Source: Tubiluchus corallicola (Eukaryota; Animalia; Priapulida). From it: a stretch of DNA of 64,000 nt. Below the pieces are notes generated by a model. The model was not told the origin of the DNA. It saw only the letters and a list, made by a program, of their open reading frames with translations, and did not search any database. Position numbers and translations under genes: made by a program. The stretch spans positions 1 to 64,000 of the forward strand of contig JAQGDQ010000170.1 in NCBI GenBank assembly GCA_030141605.1, read 5' to 3'. The stretch's first letter is position 1. The number at the start of each line of letters is the position of its first letter. Shown piece by piece: positions 38,081 to 56,365 of the stretch.

Positions 38081-41000
38081 TTAATAGCCTCTTCCACGAC
38101 GACGGCGCCATCCAGCCATGCCCAAACCAACGCCCCAGTCTCCTTCACCTTCCATTGCAGAACGCAACTCACAGTAGGACTTTGTCAAAGATTGCCTCTT
38201 CAAGTGGACAACATAGGTGGCGATACCGTACTTGTCTTCCGGGCAGCAGGGGAATGTTTTTTCTTCCACCTCAGTGTGGGATCCAGTGACCTTCCACTTG
38301 CGGTTAGATTCCGGTCTGTAGAAGCCAAGGTCGAATCCCTCGTCGCCCTCCTGTATTTGAAGAGTGATGGCAGTAGTGGGGTGGGCCCACGATCCGAACA
38401 TGAGGCGACACATGTGCTCGTCTCCTCGTGCCCATTTCAAGTCAGCGAAGATACAATGGACGACATGTGAAGTAGGAACCACCCAAAGACAATCACCATT
38501 TGCATGAATTTGCACTCTTATGTCGTTCTCATGAACAGAAGACATCAACCCACGTCCTGCGCTGTAAAACATAGTTGAATTAAATATTCTCTGCATTAAA
38601 TAGTGTACCATAACTTCTATTCAATAGCACAAGGATTTTTCTTAGTTGGAATCAAATTTCAAACGCAAATACTTGTCGCTCGGCATTATGGGGACGTATG
38701 CAAAAAACGTGTGCACTTCTAACAAGTTCGAATACATGCAAGTCATGATGTTTAAAATCAAAGAAGAGCTTTTTTGAATTAAGTGCAGTCAGAAAAAATA
38801 AAATTTTCAGCCGTAATTGTGGATCATTTTACATAGTTTGAGAATTCTGGTTAATATTTTGCAGTTTGTTAGTACACCACAAATAACTTTTCATGTCAAA
38901 TGCTCAAAACAAATTAAAATTAGTGGCCAATCAAGGTAAGGGACTACACTTGTTATGAAGCAAAAATGTTCATTCAATAATTCTTTTCACAATTCCAGCA
39001 ATTTATGATGATCGTGAAAAGGTCAAATGTTAAGTGTGCTAGACAATGTATTTGTATACACTTGACAACGCCTCGCAGCCCATGGCATTGTAATAGGAGC
39101 AATTTTAATAGCTAGCTAGAACCTTACCTAGTTCCATTTTTTCTTATTCCTGCTGGTAAATCACTCTATGCACAGACTAATGCATAACTAAATAAAGTCT
39201 GCGTAAAACAACTGAAGTTAACGAACTGATGCAGAAGACGGCTTTGCTTTACACACACGTCATGTAACAGTTGTAATTAAGAGGCATTGCTGTGGTACAC
39301 TTAACATTTGACTTGCAGCAACTGTGCATGCGCATAACAAAAGTATGAAAAAGCTTTAGTAATAGTTAGAAATAAGTTAGAAATAAGTATTTGTTGATGT
39401 TATTTGTAAAAGTAATTGACATGGAAACAATTTTCTGATAAAGAACAACAACGTGTAATTACACTAATGCTTACTCATTAAACATCATGACGTCGGGAAC
39501 CCATATCACATCAGATGACAGATAAAGAGCATTGATGTTGCCGTATTCTTCTGGATCCCAACTAAGAGCTGGATCATTCCACCTCTAAAAACAAGAATTT
39601 TCCCAAATATACTTCAAATCACATTCAGTGTAATATCCAGTGGTAGCTTGTGTATAGGTGCTGTGGAATTGCAGCACCCACTATTTTCACTCGATATTAT
39701 AGATAATATTCAATATAATGAGTCAGTTTTCTTTAAGTTTTTATTTATGCTTGTACATTACGTATAAGAATGTCAGTAGTCATTCCACTAGTACATGAAA
39801 AAATTACAAAAATCCTTGCATACAACTGCGCGCATCACAGTTCCAGGAGCGAGGTGATTGGCCGTCGTGCACATGCAGTCATGCGCACATGTCCGAGATA
39901 AGAAGCTGCATGTTAGGTAGAGAAAGCACTGTCGCTCATGCAGTGCAAGTGTACAGAAGTACTTCTATAAACTAAATTTCCTTTTCATATGTTTGCTTCA
40001 TTTTACACAATATTAAAGCAATGGCTAAAAATTTTCTGAAGCAGCACCCCCACAAATTTTAACTACGAACCGCCAGTGCTAATATTAAAAACTGATCGAC
40101 GGTTAATGAAAAACAGAGGACATAGCATCGCTCTCTGTGCAGAAGAACCAACGCGGTGGCTGTGAAGAGAAACAGACAATCTCCGAAAACGATGTTGTCC
40201 GTTTGTTTTGAAAACATTTACTCTCAATACTAAGCAGCATCACTGAAAGTACGCCAGGCACCTACAAGGTTCTTCAGTAGCAGTTTTAAAACTCGATAGC
40301 TGGTCAGTTTCCAGTGCTCAATACTGACACAATTCGTGACATGATCGGTTTTACCAAACAATCCAGTTTTGTTAAATTTACACAGCGTATACAGATACGA
40401 TGAGCACAATCAATGCACACCATGTAATTTAAGCAAAAAGTAACACAAAGGATTATTGCAAAAGTGTTTTTCAAGAAAAAAGAATATAATTAATGGAATT
40501 CATAGTACTCACCAGTCTAGTATAACCACTGAAGGTCATTGTCTGATCACGAGGATCCTAAAATGAAAAAAAAATTATGAAAAAACTGAAGTTCATCAAT
40601 GATTTCCTAGAATTGTCAGCTAAAATTAAAGCAACAATGAAAATGTGGAACAGAGAAGCAAATATGGCTAAAAGCAGTAATGAAAAAGTGTGACACAGAA
40701 GTGAAAGAAAGAATGACATGATAAAGCCAAGGTTGGTGATAAACTGAAAACAAAAGGCAAGACAATTACAACAAGTTTAAACAACAGTTTAGCAAAAAGG
40801 GTGCGAAATTTGAAAGGGGGGAGGGGTGATTTTTCTGAAGTGTTTTTACCTCTTTCTTAAATTTGTATGGCATTCAAAGTTAATAATTACGGTTAGCTGT
40901 AATCAAGAGATCTCCGGTTCAAGTTCCATTGATATCAAAAATTTAATTTGATTTCTTTCTATGTTAGTTGGAGAAGTGTCTCTTTTTGTAAGCAAAAGCA

Positions 41001-43545
41001 ACCACCATCAACGAGTCAAAAATGGCTACTGGGCTAATAGAAATCTCAATGAAAACTGCTTCAATGCTTAACAAATCTAGAAGCATCTAAAGGTTGGTTC
41101 AGATAGTAGATAATGTGTCACAATTGACATTTGCTTCAACAAAAAACTTTGGCACAAAAGTGGTACATTTACTACTACAGAAACCTAATTCCACTTTCCG
41201 AAAACCTAAAACCTAATGCGGCTAGTTCTTTGCTGTTACATGCATTTTGCGTTTAGTTACTTAGAGGGGCACTAGCATCTGCATCTAGGAAATGTAATGC
41301 ACAAAAAACAGGCGCTATGTACCTCTCAGTCCAGATGTTGTTCAGTTGTGATGTAGTGCACACGTTCGAGAGCTCACGTGTGAGCATAAAGGTCAACTTG
41401 AAATTTAAATTTTTAAACTTAAAATATGCTGAATTTTTTGTATCACACTGAGCGTTGTACACTAGTACAACACCTCAATTCTCATTTTTGGAAACTTACC
41501 ACATCCTCCAGGATGATGAGTGCCACACTAATGTGGACAGCCGTTGGCTCTGAAGCGGATGTAGATGGGCGGACATGATGGTCATAGTTCTGAAATAAAT
41601 GCGCCTGGAGCAGTTTCTCGTCCTCACTTGCTCTAACAGCAACTAAAAAAACAGAGTTTATTTAAAATCAAATCTGTAACCACCAGCATTTCAACACCAA
41701 CCAGTGTCATTACCAGCGGTGGTTCGTAGCTAAAATTAGTGGGGGCGCTGCTTCAGAAATTTTTAGCCATTGTTTTAATATTGTGTAAAACAAAAAAACA
41801 TACGTAATTTTAATGTTGTAATTTTAAACAAACAAATTTATACATAAACTTGATAAAATTCTAAACAAAAAGTATTGTTTTCTTACGAATAGACTAAATT
41901 GTCTTAGTTCAAGAATGTGCCGATACACAGCTTTTCAAACACGTGGCAACCGACAACACACAGCGTGGCAGGAGCACAGACATGTGCGCATGCACATAAC
42001 AGACAAACACCACGTTGCCTGGACAGTGAAGCAAACAGTACTCACGTGCTCCACTTCCGCGCAAGTACAAAGAAAGAACTAAAGAAAAACGACTTATCAT
42101 ATTGAATATTATCGATAATAATGAGTGAAAACAGGGGATGCTGCAGTTCCACAGTACCTATACAAGAGCCGCCACTAGTCATTACACAGTTGACTTTACA
42201 AAATTGCTGCTGATGGCAAAGTTGCACAATGAATGATTGTAAGCACAGTTATTTAAGGAATTATGTCGTCTTACTGTCTGCAGTAATTGCGAGTTCAGAC
42301 TAGCAAGTCACTCAATAAGTGACCCACAAGCATGTTCATACCAGAGAGCAAGACTTGGAGAGAGTTACTCTCCACAGTAAGTGCCAGCTGACCCTCTCTT
42401 CTCTATTCACTGCGAGAAGTGTCGAGAGTAATTCGCCCATGCGTTTAGACTGGACAGTAAATTAACTCTCAGCAACTATCGGAGAGTTTGCAATAAATTG
42501 TTGACATAACCCGCAAAGCAGTTCACGCTTGCGAGCTTTCTGTCAGTGAGAAAACACGAAGCAAAGAAAAGTGATAGTCTAAACGCGCAGTAACACACAT
42601 TGTATTAGAATTTAGAAAGGGACGAACAATGGAAAAGTGATAATATTAAAAGCAATGATAAAACAAAGAATGATTAAAACATAAGACATTTAAAACAGAC
42701 TGCAAAACATTCACAGACCAAAAGCTAATTCGAATTAGCATCACAAGTTTGTTGTTTAGTTTAAGCTGGTTACCAAGCTGCAAGCCAGTGCTGTCTGAAA
42801 ATTCTGTTGTCATCATAACTAATAAGAAAAGTAAAATTTAACTGCCTAAACTGCTAAAGCTAACTAGTTTTAACTTTTAGTTTAACATACATACTGATTC
42901 TCACTAGTGATAGAGCTAAAATAGGAGCAACATAGAAATTTTAATATTTGTTATTTATTGAACCATTAAGTAAAGAAATCACAGAAGACAAAAAGACTTC
43001 AAATACAGCTGAACAAAGAAACCACATATAAGTGGTGTAATAGCTCAAGCACAAAAACCCATACAAAAGAGCAACATACATATATATTATAAACTTAATA
43101 TTACATATGTATTACAGTTAGTCAGTCAATCAGTCTTGCACTGAGTTATCTCAGCCGGGCCTGTCTTCAAATATTTTGTGGACCAATCTAGCATTAATTT
43201 TAATAACTTCTACATCTTGTGATGCATTTAAGAACACGAACTGCTCATTAGGAGACATATAATGAAAGTTAGGACAAAAATCAGAAAGAATAAAAAACAT
43301 TCCTCTGTTATATGAGCGTATTTAAATGCTAACCACATTAAAAAATTTTCCATGAAACTTTTTCATATTCAGTTTAGAAATAAATTTTAGGAAAAATTCA
43401 CACAAAATGTCTATTTTACGAAAAAAAATTTAATGAAAATACATTAAAGCTATTGAAAATAAGTGAAAAATGGACAACAAACTCAATATTTATAAAAACT
43501 TATCTTACTTAATGCAGAGATGAGGAAAATCAATTGAAGCCACAT
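38081..43545 (-). CDS. Acetylcholine-binding-protein-like secreted Cys-loop ligand-binding domain (271 aa if the last exon reads through)
   Basis: Exons 43545-43509 (signal MWLQLIFLISALIAVRA), 41642-41500 (LFQNYDHHVRP), 40557-40513 (45 nt), 39584-39475 (110 nt, WNDPALSWDPEEYG, IWVPDV), 38561-38081 (FGSW, FPCCPEDKY). The 45- and 110-nt exons are typical nAChR sizes. No transmembrane exons found before FECH. C-terminus uncertain because of a possible donor T|gtgagt near 38173. Confidence 0.88.
39638..40078. mobile_element. hAT-like MITE family (copies about 41714-42180 inverted and 45447-46500)
   Basis: CAGTGG... termini and shared internal blocks tgaagcagcacccc and agaagctgcatgttaggtagag. Confidence 0.65.
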
Positions 43546-44707
43546 TGTTCTTCCAAGGAGCCAAGAACAGCAATGAACAGTTGAAAAGAGATGCTTCCAC
43601 AGAGACAGCCAAACATCAAGTGACACAGACTCGTTGGTTTTCCTTCTCTCCTTGAACACGATCTGCCCAAATGTCGGGCCATCTGGGAGATGCAGTCAAG
43701 CTGCCCAGCAACCTAACCCTTCTTATTTACTTTGCCGGACCCTGGACAAGTTTTTCTTTAGCCAAGGTTGCGTCTTGGGTGTGGAATTTTTCATTTGCAC
43801 TAGGGGAAGTGCTGATAAGAACGGGTGTGCGAAAACGAGGCTTTGTCGTGTTACTTTTAGATTGACAAGTTGTATAATCTTATTTGGTAGACGTCTAATT
43901 CGTCTAAACAAACGATCACAACACTTGCATCAAAAAGTAAAGAAAATGCTACGGCAACTGTATGAGATGGTCACGCCCACTCACACCTTGGCATTTAAAT
44001 GCAAATGATCTCTGTCATTGTGCTCTTAAATATCAGACCATCAGTGAGTATCAACTTCACTGGGTTACTGAGATCAAGGCTAGTATCGAAGCGTGTGAGA
44101 AAAAGGAAGCAGGTTACGTGATGCAAATACAAGTCGTGAGATATCTTCATCTTTTTACCATAGCAACCGCCAACAACTCACCACAGCTAAACAGCCAAGC
44201 TGCACATTAAATACAAACTTCCAAAGACATTAAATATAAACTTCAGTTCACACACTTGTTTTACTTCATATACAATAATTAATACACGCATAGGAAATTA
44301 GAAATATATATATATATATATACATATTATCTCGAATTGAAAAATAAACTGTGCATCTTTAACAGTTAAGAAAAAACAGAGTTGGACTTGGTCAATGTGT
44401 ATGAGCCAAGCACCTGCTCAGAGACATTATTAACAACGCTCCGCTTAATTGCAAATAGAAGATAATATATAAAAGTTTTAATTCAATGAGTCGACTTTCA
44501 TGCTCTCTCATCAGGAGCATTTTCCTTTTTTGATTTCTTCACAGGTTTTGCTATAAGCGCCCGCATCTTTAACAGTTAAGAAAAAACAGAGTTGGACTTG
44601 GTCAATGTGTATGAGCCAAGCACCTGCTCAGAGACATTATTAACAACGCTCCGCTTAATTGCAAATAGAAGATAATATATAAAAGTTTTAATTCAATGAG
44701 TCGACTT

Positions 44708-51440
<6,733 letters not shown>

Positions 51441-52249
51441 TCCATACTGCCTAATCTCTATTGTATAAAACTATTGATAGAAATATTGATATAAAATATT
51501 ATATATATAAAACCGTCAAAGATGACGATATTATTATATATATTATATAAAATTTATATCAATAAAAACTATTGATATAAAACTATTGATATTGATATGG
51601 CTGTGCAGTATTCTTATAACACGTCGTACCTGCAACAAAATAAACTAAGAATACATATAATAAAACAACATAATATGTTTATTTGGATTCTAGTGCTTGG
51701 TTTATTACCCGTCATATAATTACTCTCCAGTAAGAACTACTACATCCAATACTTTAATTTAAAAACCTGCTTTATTTTATCTTTGGACATATCAAAAATG
51801 GTACTAAAACTACATAAGTCATGTTAAATCTTACAAAATGCAAACTGATATTGTAATCATAAGTTATTTCAAGTGATGCTGTATAATTTTGAAAAAATGC
51901 AAAAATGGAGATAGCAGATTTCATCAGTAAGCCAACGATATACAAGCTCAGCTAATCATTAATGTCTAATATTGATTTTTGCTCTTGGAATGCATTATTT
52001 CCGGGGAAAAACATGGCTTCGATTAATGATATGAAAGGCACAATAACTAGTATCAAACTATCAATAATTATCAATTATAATTAGTGTCATTATGCAAATA
52101 ACTATATGTGCGAATTGTATTTGTGCGACTCAATGACCAAAGCCCGAAAATTTGGTGCCTCTATTTCTGTGACTATTACTGCTAGTTAGTCCACCAGTTA
52201 CAAATGCACTATGTAAAACTAAAAGATATTTGTGTGCTTGCATAGCAAA

Positions 52250-52890
52250 ATCATCCATAAGTCAGCAATTAAGCTTTTCTAGTTATTCAAACATTCCGAA
52301 TCTACATTTCATGAGGATCATTTTGATACCAAACTCATCGCTCTACGTTATTTTTAAGCTGAGATAATCTACATTGAAGTTGAGGTGCACGCTACGCAAA
52401 GAAAAACGTAACCCCGAGAAATTAGCTGTCAAACTTAGCCATTGTTTTTTGTTGCATTTCTAGAAAACATTTAGCAAAGGTATGAAAGATTGGTTGCTAA
52501 GCACTTTGCAAGAACACACAGAAGTTATGTTTAGATCCAGTAGACGGCTCTTCCTCAAAAAGATCTGGGTTTGGCAACAAAAAAACCCAGAGCAAAACGA
52601 TTGCTTGTACGAGCTACAATCGGAGTTTGAGTTTTTTTAGAATTGCATTACTAGTTTCTAGCCAGAAAAGTGGGTATGGGGTTAAAAAAGTAGATTTTTA
52701 GTATTTTTTGAACATTTTTTTGATAATTTAATGCTAGAATATAAACGTCCAATATATTTAGCATTTGTTTTTACAAAAATCAGAAAGTTGACATTTGACC
52801 AAACTTTTGCCAAGTTTTAGTGTATTCTACTTTGAGGCATCATAACATAATTTTAAATATGTCAACTTATGGACGGTTTTGGTTTTTTTT
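52250..52890. repeat. Copy of the ~600-bp interspersed family
   Basis: Reverse-complement match to 21340-21930. Confidence 0.75.
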
Positions 52891-53487
52891 CTTTCTGCAG
52901 CGCTTCTTTCTGCAAAGCTAACTTTAATGGACTGTCATTTGGCAGTCGTATAACATGTCCTATCTATTTTAATCTTCTCCGTTTGATTATATTTTTAATT
53001 GTCCACTCCTCTGCCTTGATTATTATACAGATCCTGGTTTGATATTTTCTTTAGCCATTTTATTCCTAGAATGTTCTGTAGTTTGTTATTTGAAATGCAT
53101 CAATTTCTGATTTGTTGAAGAAAATCATGACGAATAAATGATTAATTAATTAATTATAAATGATTCGTGTCGTCGTCATCACCATCCAATGAATCACACG
53201 CCCAGTGACATGATCTGCTCACCTCCCTATGCCTAGCCGCAATGCCCCAAGTACATTTATTTCTAACGATCAATGCTGAAGTGTTTAAATCTTTCTGTGC
53301 AAAATCTAAATATGTTAACATTTTCCTCCTGCAGGTTTTTTAGCTGGTTCTATGGCTTGTTGAAGAGCTATCTTCACTGGAATATCATCAGGTATTCGGA
53401 ATATCGTGTCGTCGTCATCATCATCATACGCCCGTCACGGCTATTGTAGACATTGGGCAGGCAGAATTCTAAAAAAAAGAAATCTAC

Positions 53488-53725
53488 CTTCTGTCGTCGG
53501 AGATACAGTAACTGTTTAGGCAATAACCAAAATCTTTGACTTCGTGTGGCCGCGTTAGCCGCCCATCCTCGAAAGATCCAAAGCGGCTGCGGTCCTTTCG
53601 ACGATGGGACCGTAGGTCGAAAAATCTTTTCGGAGCTTGTGTTTTTATTTGTATATGGCTGCATGCATACTGACTTAGGCCTAGAGCAATAAACTGGCAA
53701 AGCATTGCGCATGAGGCGTACTGTG
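53488..53725 (-). promoter_or_regulatory. Putative BLOC1S6 promoter and 5' UTR exon
   Basis: CpG-richer patch, NRF1-like tgcgcatg near 53706, donor gaag|gtagat near 53488 and acceptor ttgcag| near 51629. Confidence 0.45.
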
Positions 53726-54057
53726 CAAATTTTTGATTATTTTGTTTAATTAGAAAAATTCATATGGATTTTGATATTACCATGTGTTCATTTACACCTT
53801 TTAGTTTTAATGCAGTTTGACTGTGTAAACTGTACTTTCCCTCATTAGTAAGATGTGAGAACAAAGTGAATAGCAGAGTGTGTATTTCGTTACCCGTGTA
53901 TTGGTGTAGCATGGTTGACCGGGTAGGTTGTGTAGACCTCCAAATCTCCCTTCTAACTAACCGATTCACTGTCTACCAGTAACAGATGTAAAAGCACTAT
54001 GGCTTTAATTGTGTCAACACTTCCTTCTGTTACATTGGATTATTTTGTATACATTGG

Positions 54058-54105
<48 letters not shown>

Positions 54106-54120
54106 GTAATAATAATAATG
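54058..54120. repeat. (AAT)n microsatellite
   Basis: Direct repeat. Confidence 0.93.
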
Positions 54121-55204
54121 TTATTATAATAATTACTATATAAAACATTACTTTCTATTTAGTATTATGTAATCATTATGTGTTTCTTTCAAATAAATAG
54201 CCTAGAAGTCTTGTTATTATTATTTTAGTTTTTAACACTCGTAAACTCATATTTTCTGAATACTTGCTTTATTGCGCAATTTAATCTTCAATCACATTAT
54301 TATTTTACCACTATTTATCGATAGTTGTACACGGCGGTGTGCAGGTGTACTTTTGCTGGGGGTACAAAAACAGCGAGTAACAGTGCAGGATAATTACGTC
54401 AAAATATTGCTTAAGCAACAGAGAATCTATCAGTTTTAAGTCGCCAAACCTTGTCTCTGATGCATATCCTATACCAGTATCAACTGCTAGAGGTTACTAC
54501 AAACCGACAGACAGACAGACAGACAGATAGACTGACATATTGATAACTGTTAAAAACAGTAATATTAATAATCTAAGGTGTGTCTTGCTAGAGATGCTGC
54601 ATCTATCAGGATTGCTATGCTATGCCTATTGCTAAGCTACGTAATTACGTAATTATAGACGATTGTGACGCATCTACGAAGCGAGTTTTACACACTTCAG
54701 CTGCATCATCGTCTCGTTATAGCAACGATTATCATCTATGAACTAAATTTTTGTTTGTTCCGGTTTCTAGATAACCATGAGAGTAGCAACAGGCCAACCA
54801 GAAGTGAAGACAAAAAACCTGTAAACAAATGAAGGGTGTCATGAAATCTAAAACAAATTGACGCAAATGGTTTATAACCCAGTTTGACGTTCAAGAAGGT
54901 ATTTTACATGAATGTAACTAATTATTATTATTATTATTATTATTATTAGATAGACAGACAAAGTCATTAAATTATATTAAAACAATACATGCACAGAGGT
55001 ACGATGTATGTAATTGTATCCTGCTTAAAAGGATCCCCTATTATGCAAGTCATCTTTGAACAATAATTCAACACTAATAACAATATACACATAGTATCTG
55101 CTTTTGGACATACATTTGCATAATCTGTTTTACAGAGTTGCTTTTGCAGTTAGTATAGCACTTTGAAACAAGGCACTTGGTGTTGCAACCAATTTTATCC
55201 TTAA

Positions 55205-55818
55205 AGCAAAACCCGACTCTTCCTTAAACTGCAGGTCAAAACAATCTACTCTTTAAAGTATTTAAAGTATGGAACTCCCTATTTTTTTTAAAAATGACTT
55301 ACGTGAAAGAAATATTACCACACAAACACAATTTCGCGTTCGGGCCACTAGTTTTTCGCTGTTACATGCATTTCACCACTCGGTAGTTAGACGTGCACTA
55401 GCGCCCGTATTTCTGAAACGTATTACACAAAAACAGGTGCTGTACCTCTCAGTTCAGATGTGTTAGTTCGAGACGAACTACTCACATTCAACAGTTCATG
55501 CATGAGTACAGCGGTAAATTTGAAAATTGAATTTCTATCTTAAAACTTGCCTAGTCTTAATACAACACACTGAATATCTTATAGTAGCACTGTACTTCAA
55601 TTTTCGCTTTCGCAAACACGTGCAACACGCTCGTGAAATACTTTTGCGTTGAAAATTATGTTAGTTTGTGATGTCATTGGGCTCGCCCGCTGTTAATTAA
55701 GATTTTAATCTATTATTTAATCATCAGAAACGCTTTTGCAGCATTAATCCTGTTAAAATCTATACATTTTATTGAGCTTGAAAATAGGTTATTATATGAA
55801 AAATCATCCTGCCTTCCT
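55205..55818 (+). mobile_element. Full-length Kolobok-like MITE
   Basis: ttaa|AGCAAAACCCGAC ... TCCTGCCTTCCT|ttaa; at least six related copies in the window. Confidence 0.8.
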
Positions 55819-55822
55819 TTAA

Positions 55823-56020
55823 GTGGCGTTTATGTAGATGCGGATGCGGATGCGTTTTCCACGGCGGAGTAGCTTGTAGAAAAAAATCAATAGGAAATGG
55901 TGGCGAAAAAAGAATAACGCATACGTAGAATAACGTGTTCATTGCAAATAAATAAAACCGATTTTATCTACTCCGCACCGCAAAAACGAATCCGCATCCG
56001 CTTTCTACGTAAACGCCACT
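55823..56020. mobile_element. Short Harbinger-like MITE
   Basis: TIR aagtggcgtttatgtaga / tctacgtaaacgccactt with internal gcggat / atccgc repeats. Confidence 0.65.
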
Positions 56021-56365
56021 TTAAGGGGTAAGAGCAACCGGCTTTTCGGTAGATTTGACGAGTAACCTTTCTAATGTACGCACGTAGTATCCGCTTTCGG
56101 AAATACAATCACAAATCTCTTGCATAGAGAAGTTACTTTTTGAGTTTTGTAGTTCGTAGCACCTTGAAACATTGTTGCAACCCAAACTTTTTCCTTACAA
56201 GAGTAGAGGAATCGCCATTGCTAGGTTTGTCGAGTAGACTATACTAATGCATAGAAAATGCAGTTATATCTCAGTTAAGTACTATATCATACGATCTTCT
56301 CCGGTGTTTGTTAATAAGTTTAATCTTTATCAAATCTTTTTATTATCTATTTACAGGTAGTGCAA

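Noticed and set aside
2208-43545. Toxin-like peptide and AChBP-like protein as a toxin/self-resistance pair
   Set aside because: They are about 36 kb apart with FECH between them and nothing in the sequence links them.
44470-44515. CUGAUGA on the minus strand as a possible hammerhead ribozyme
   Set aside because: No correctly placed GAAA or stems; it is duplicated BLOC1S6 coding sequence (PDE).
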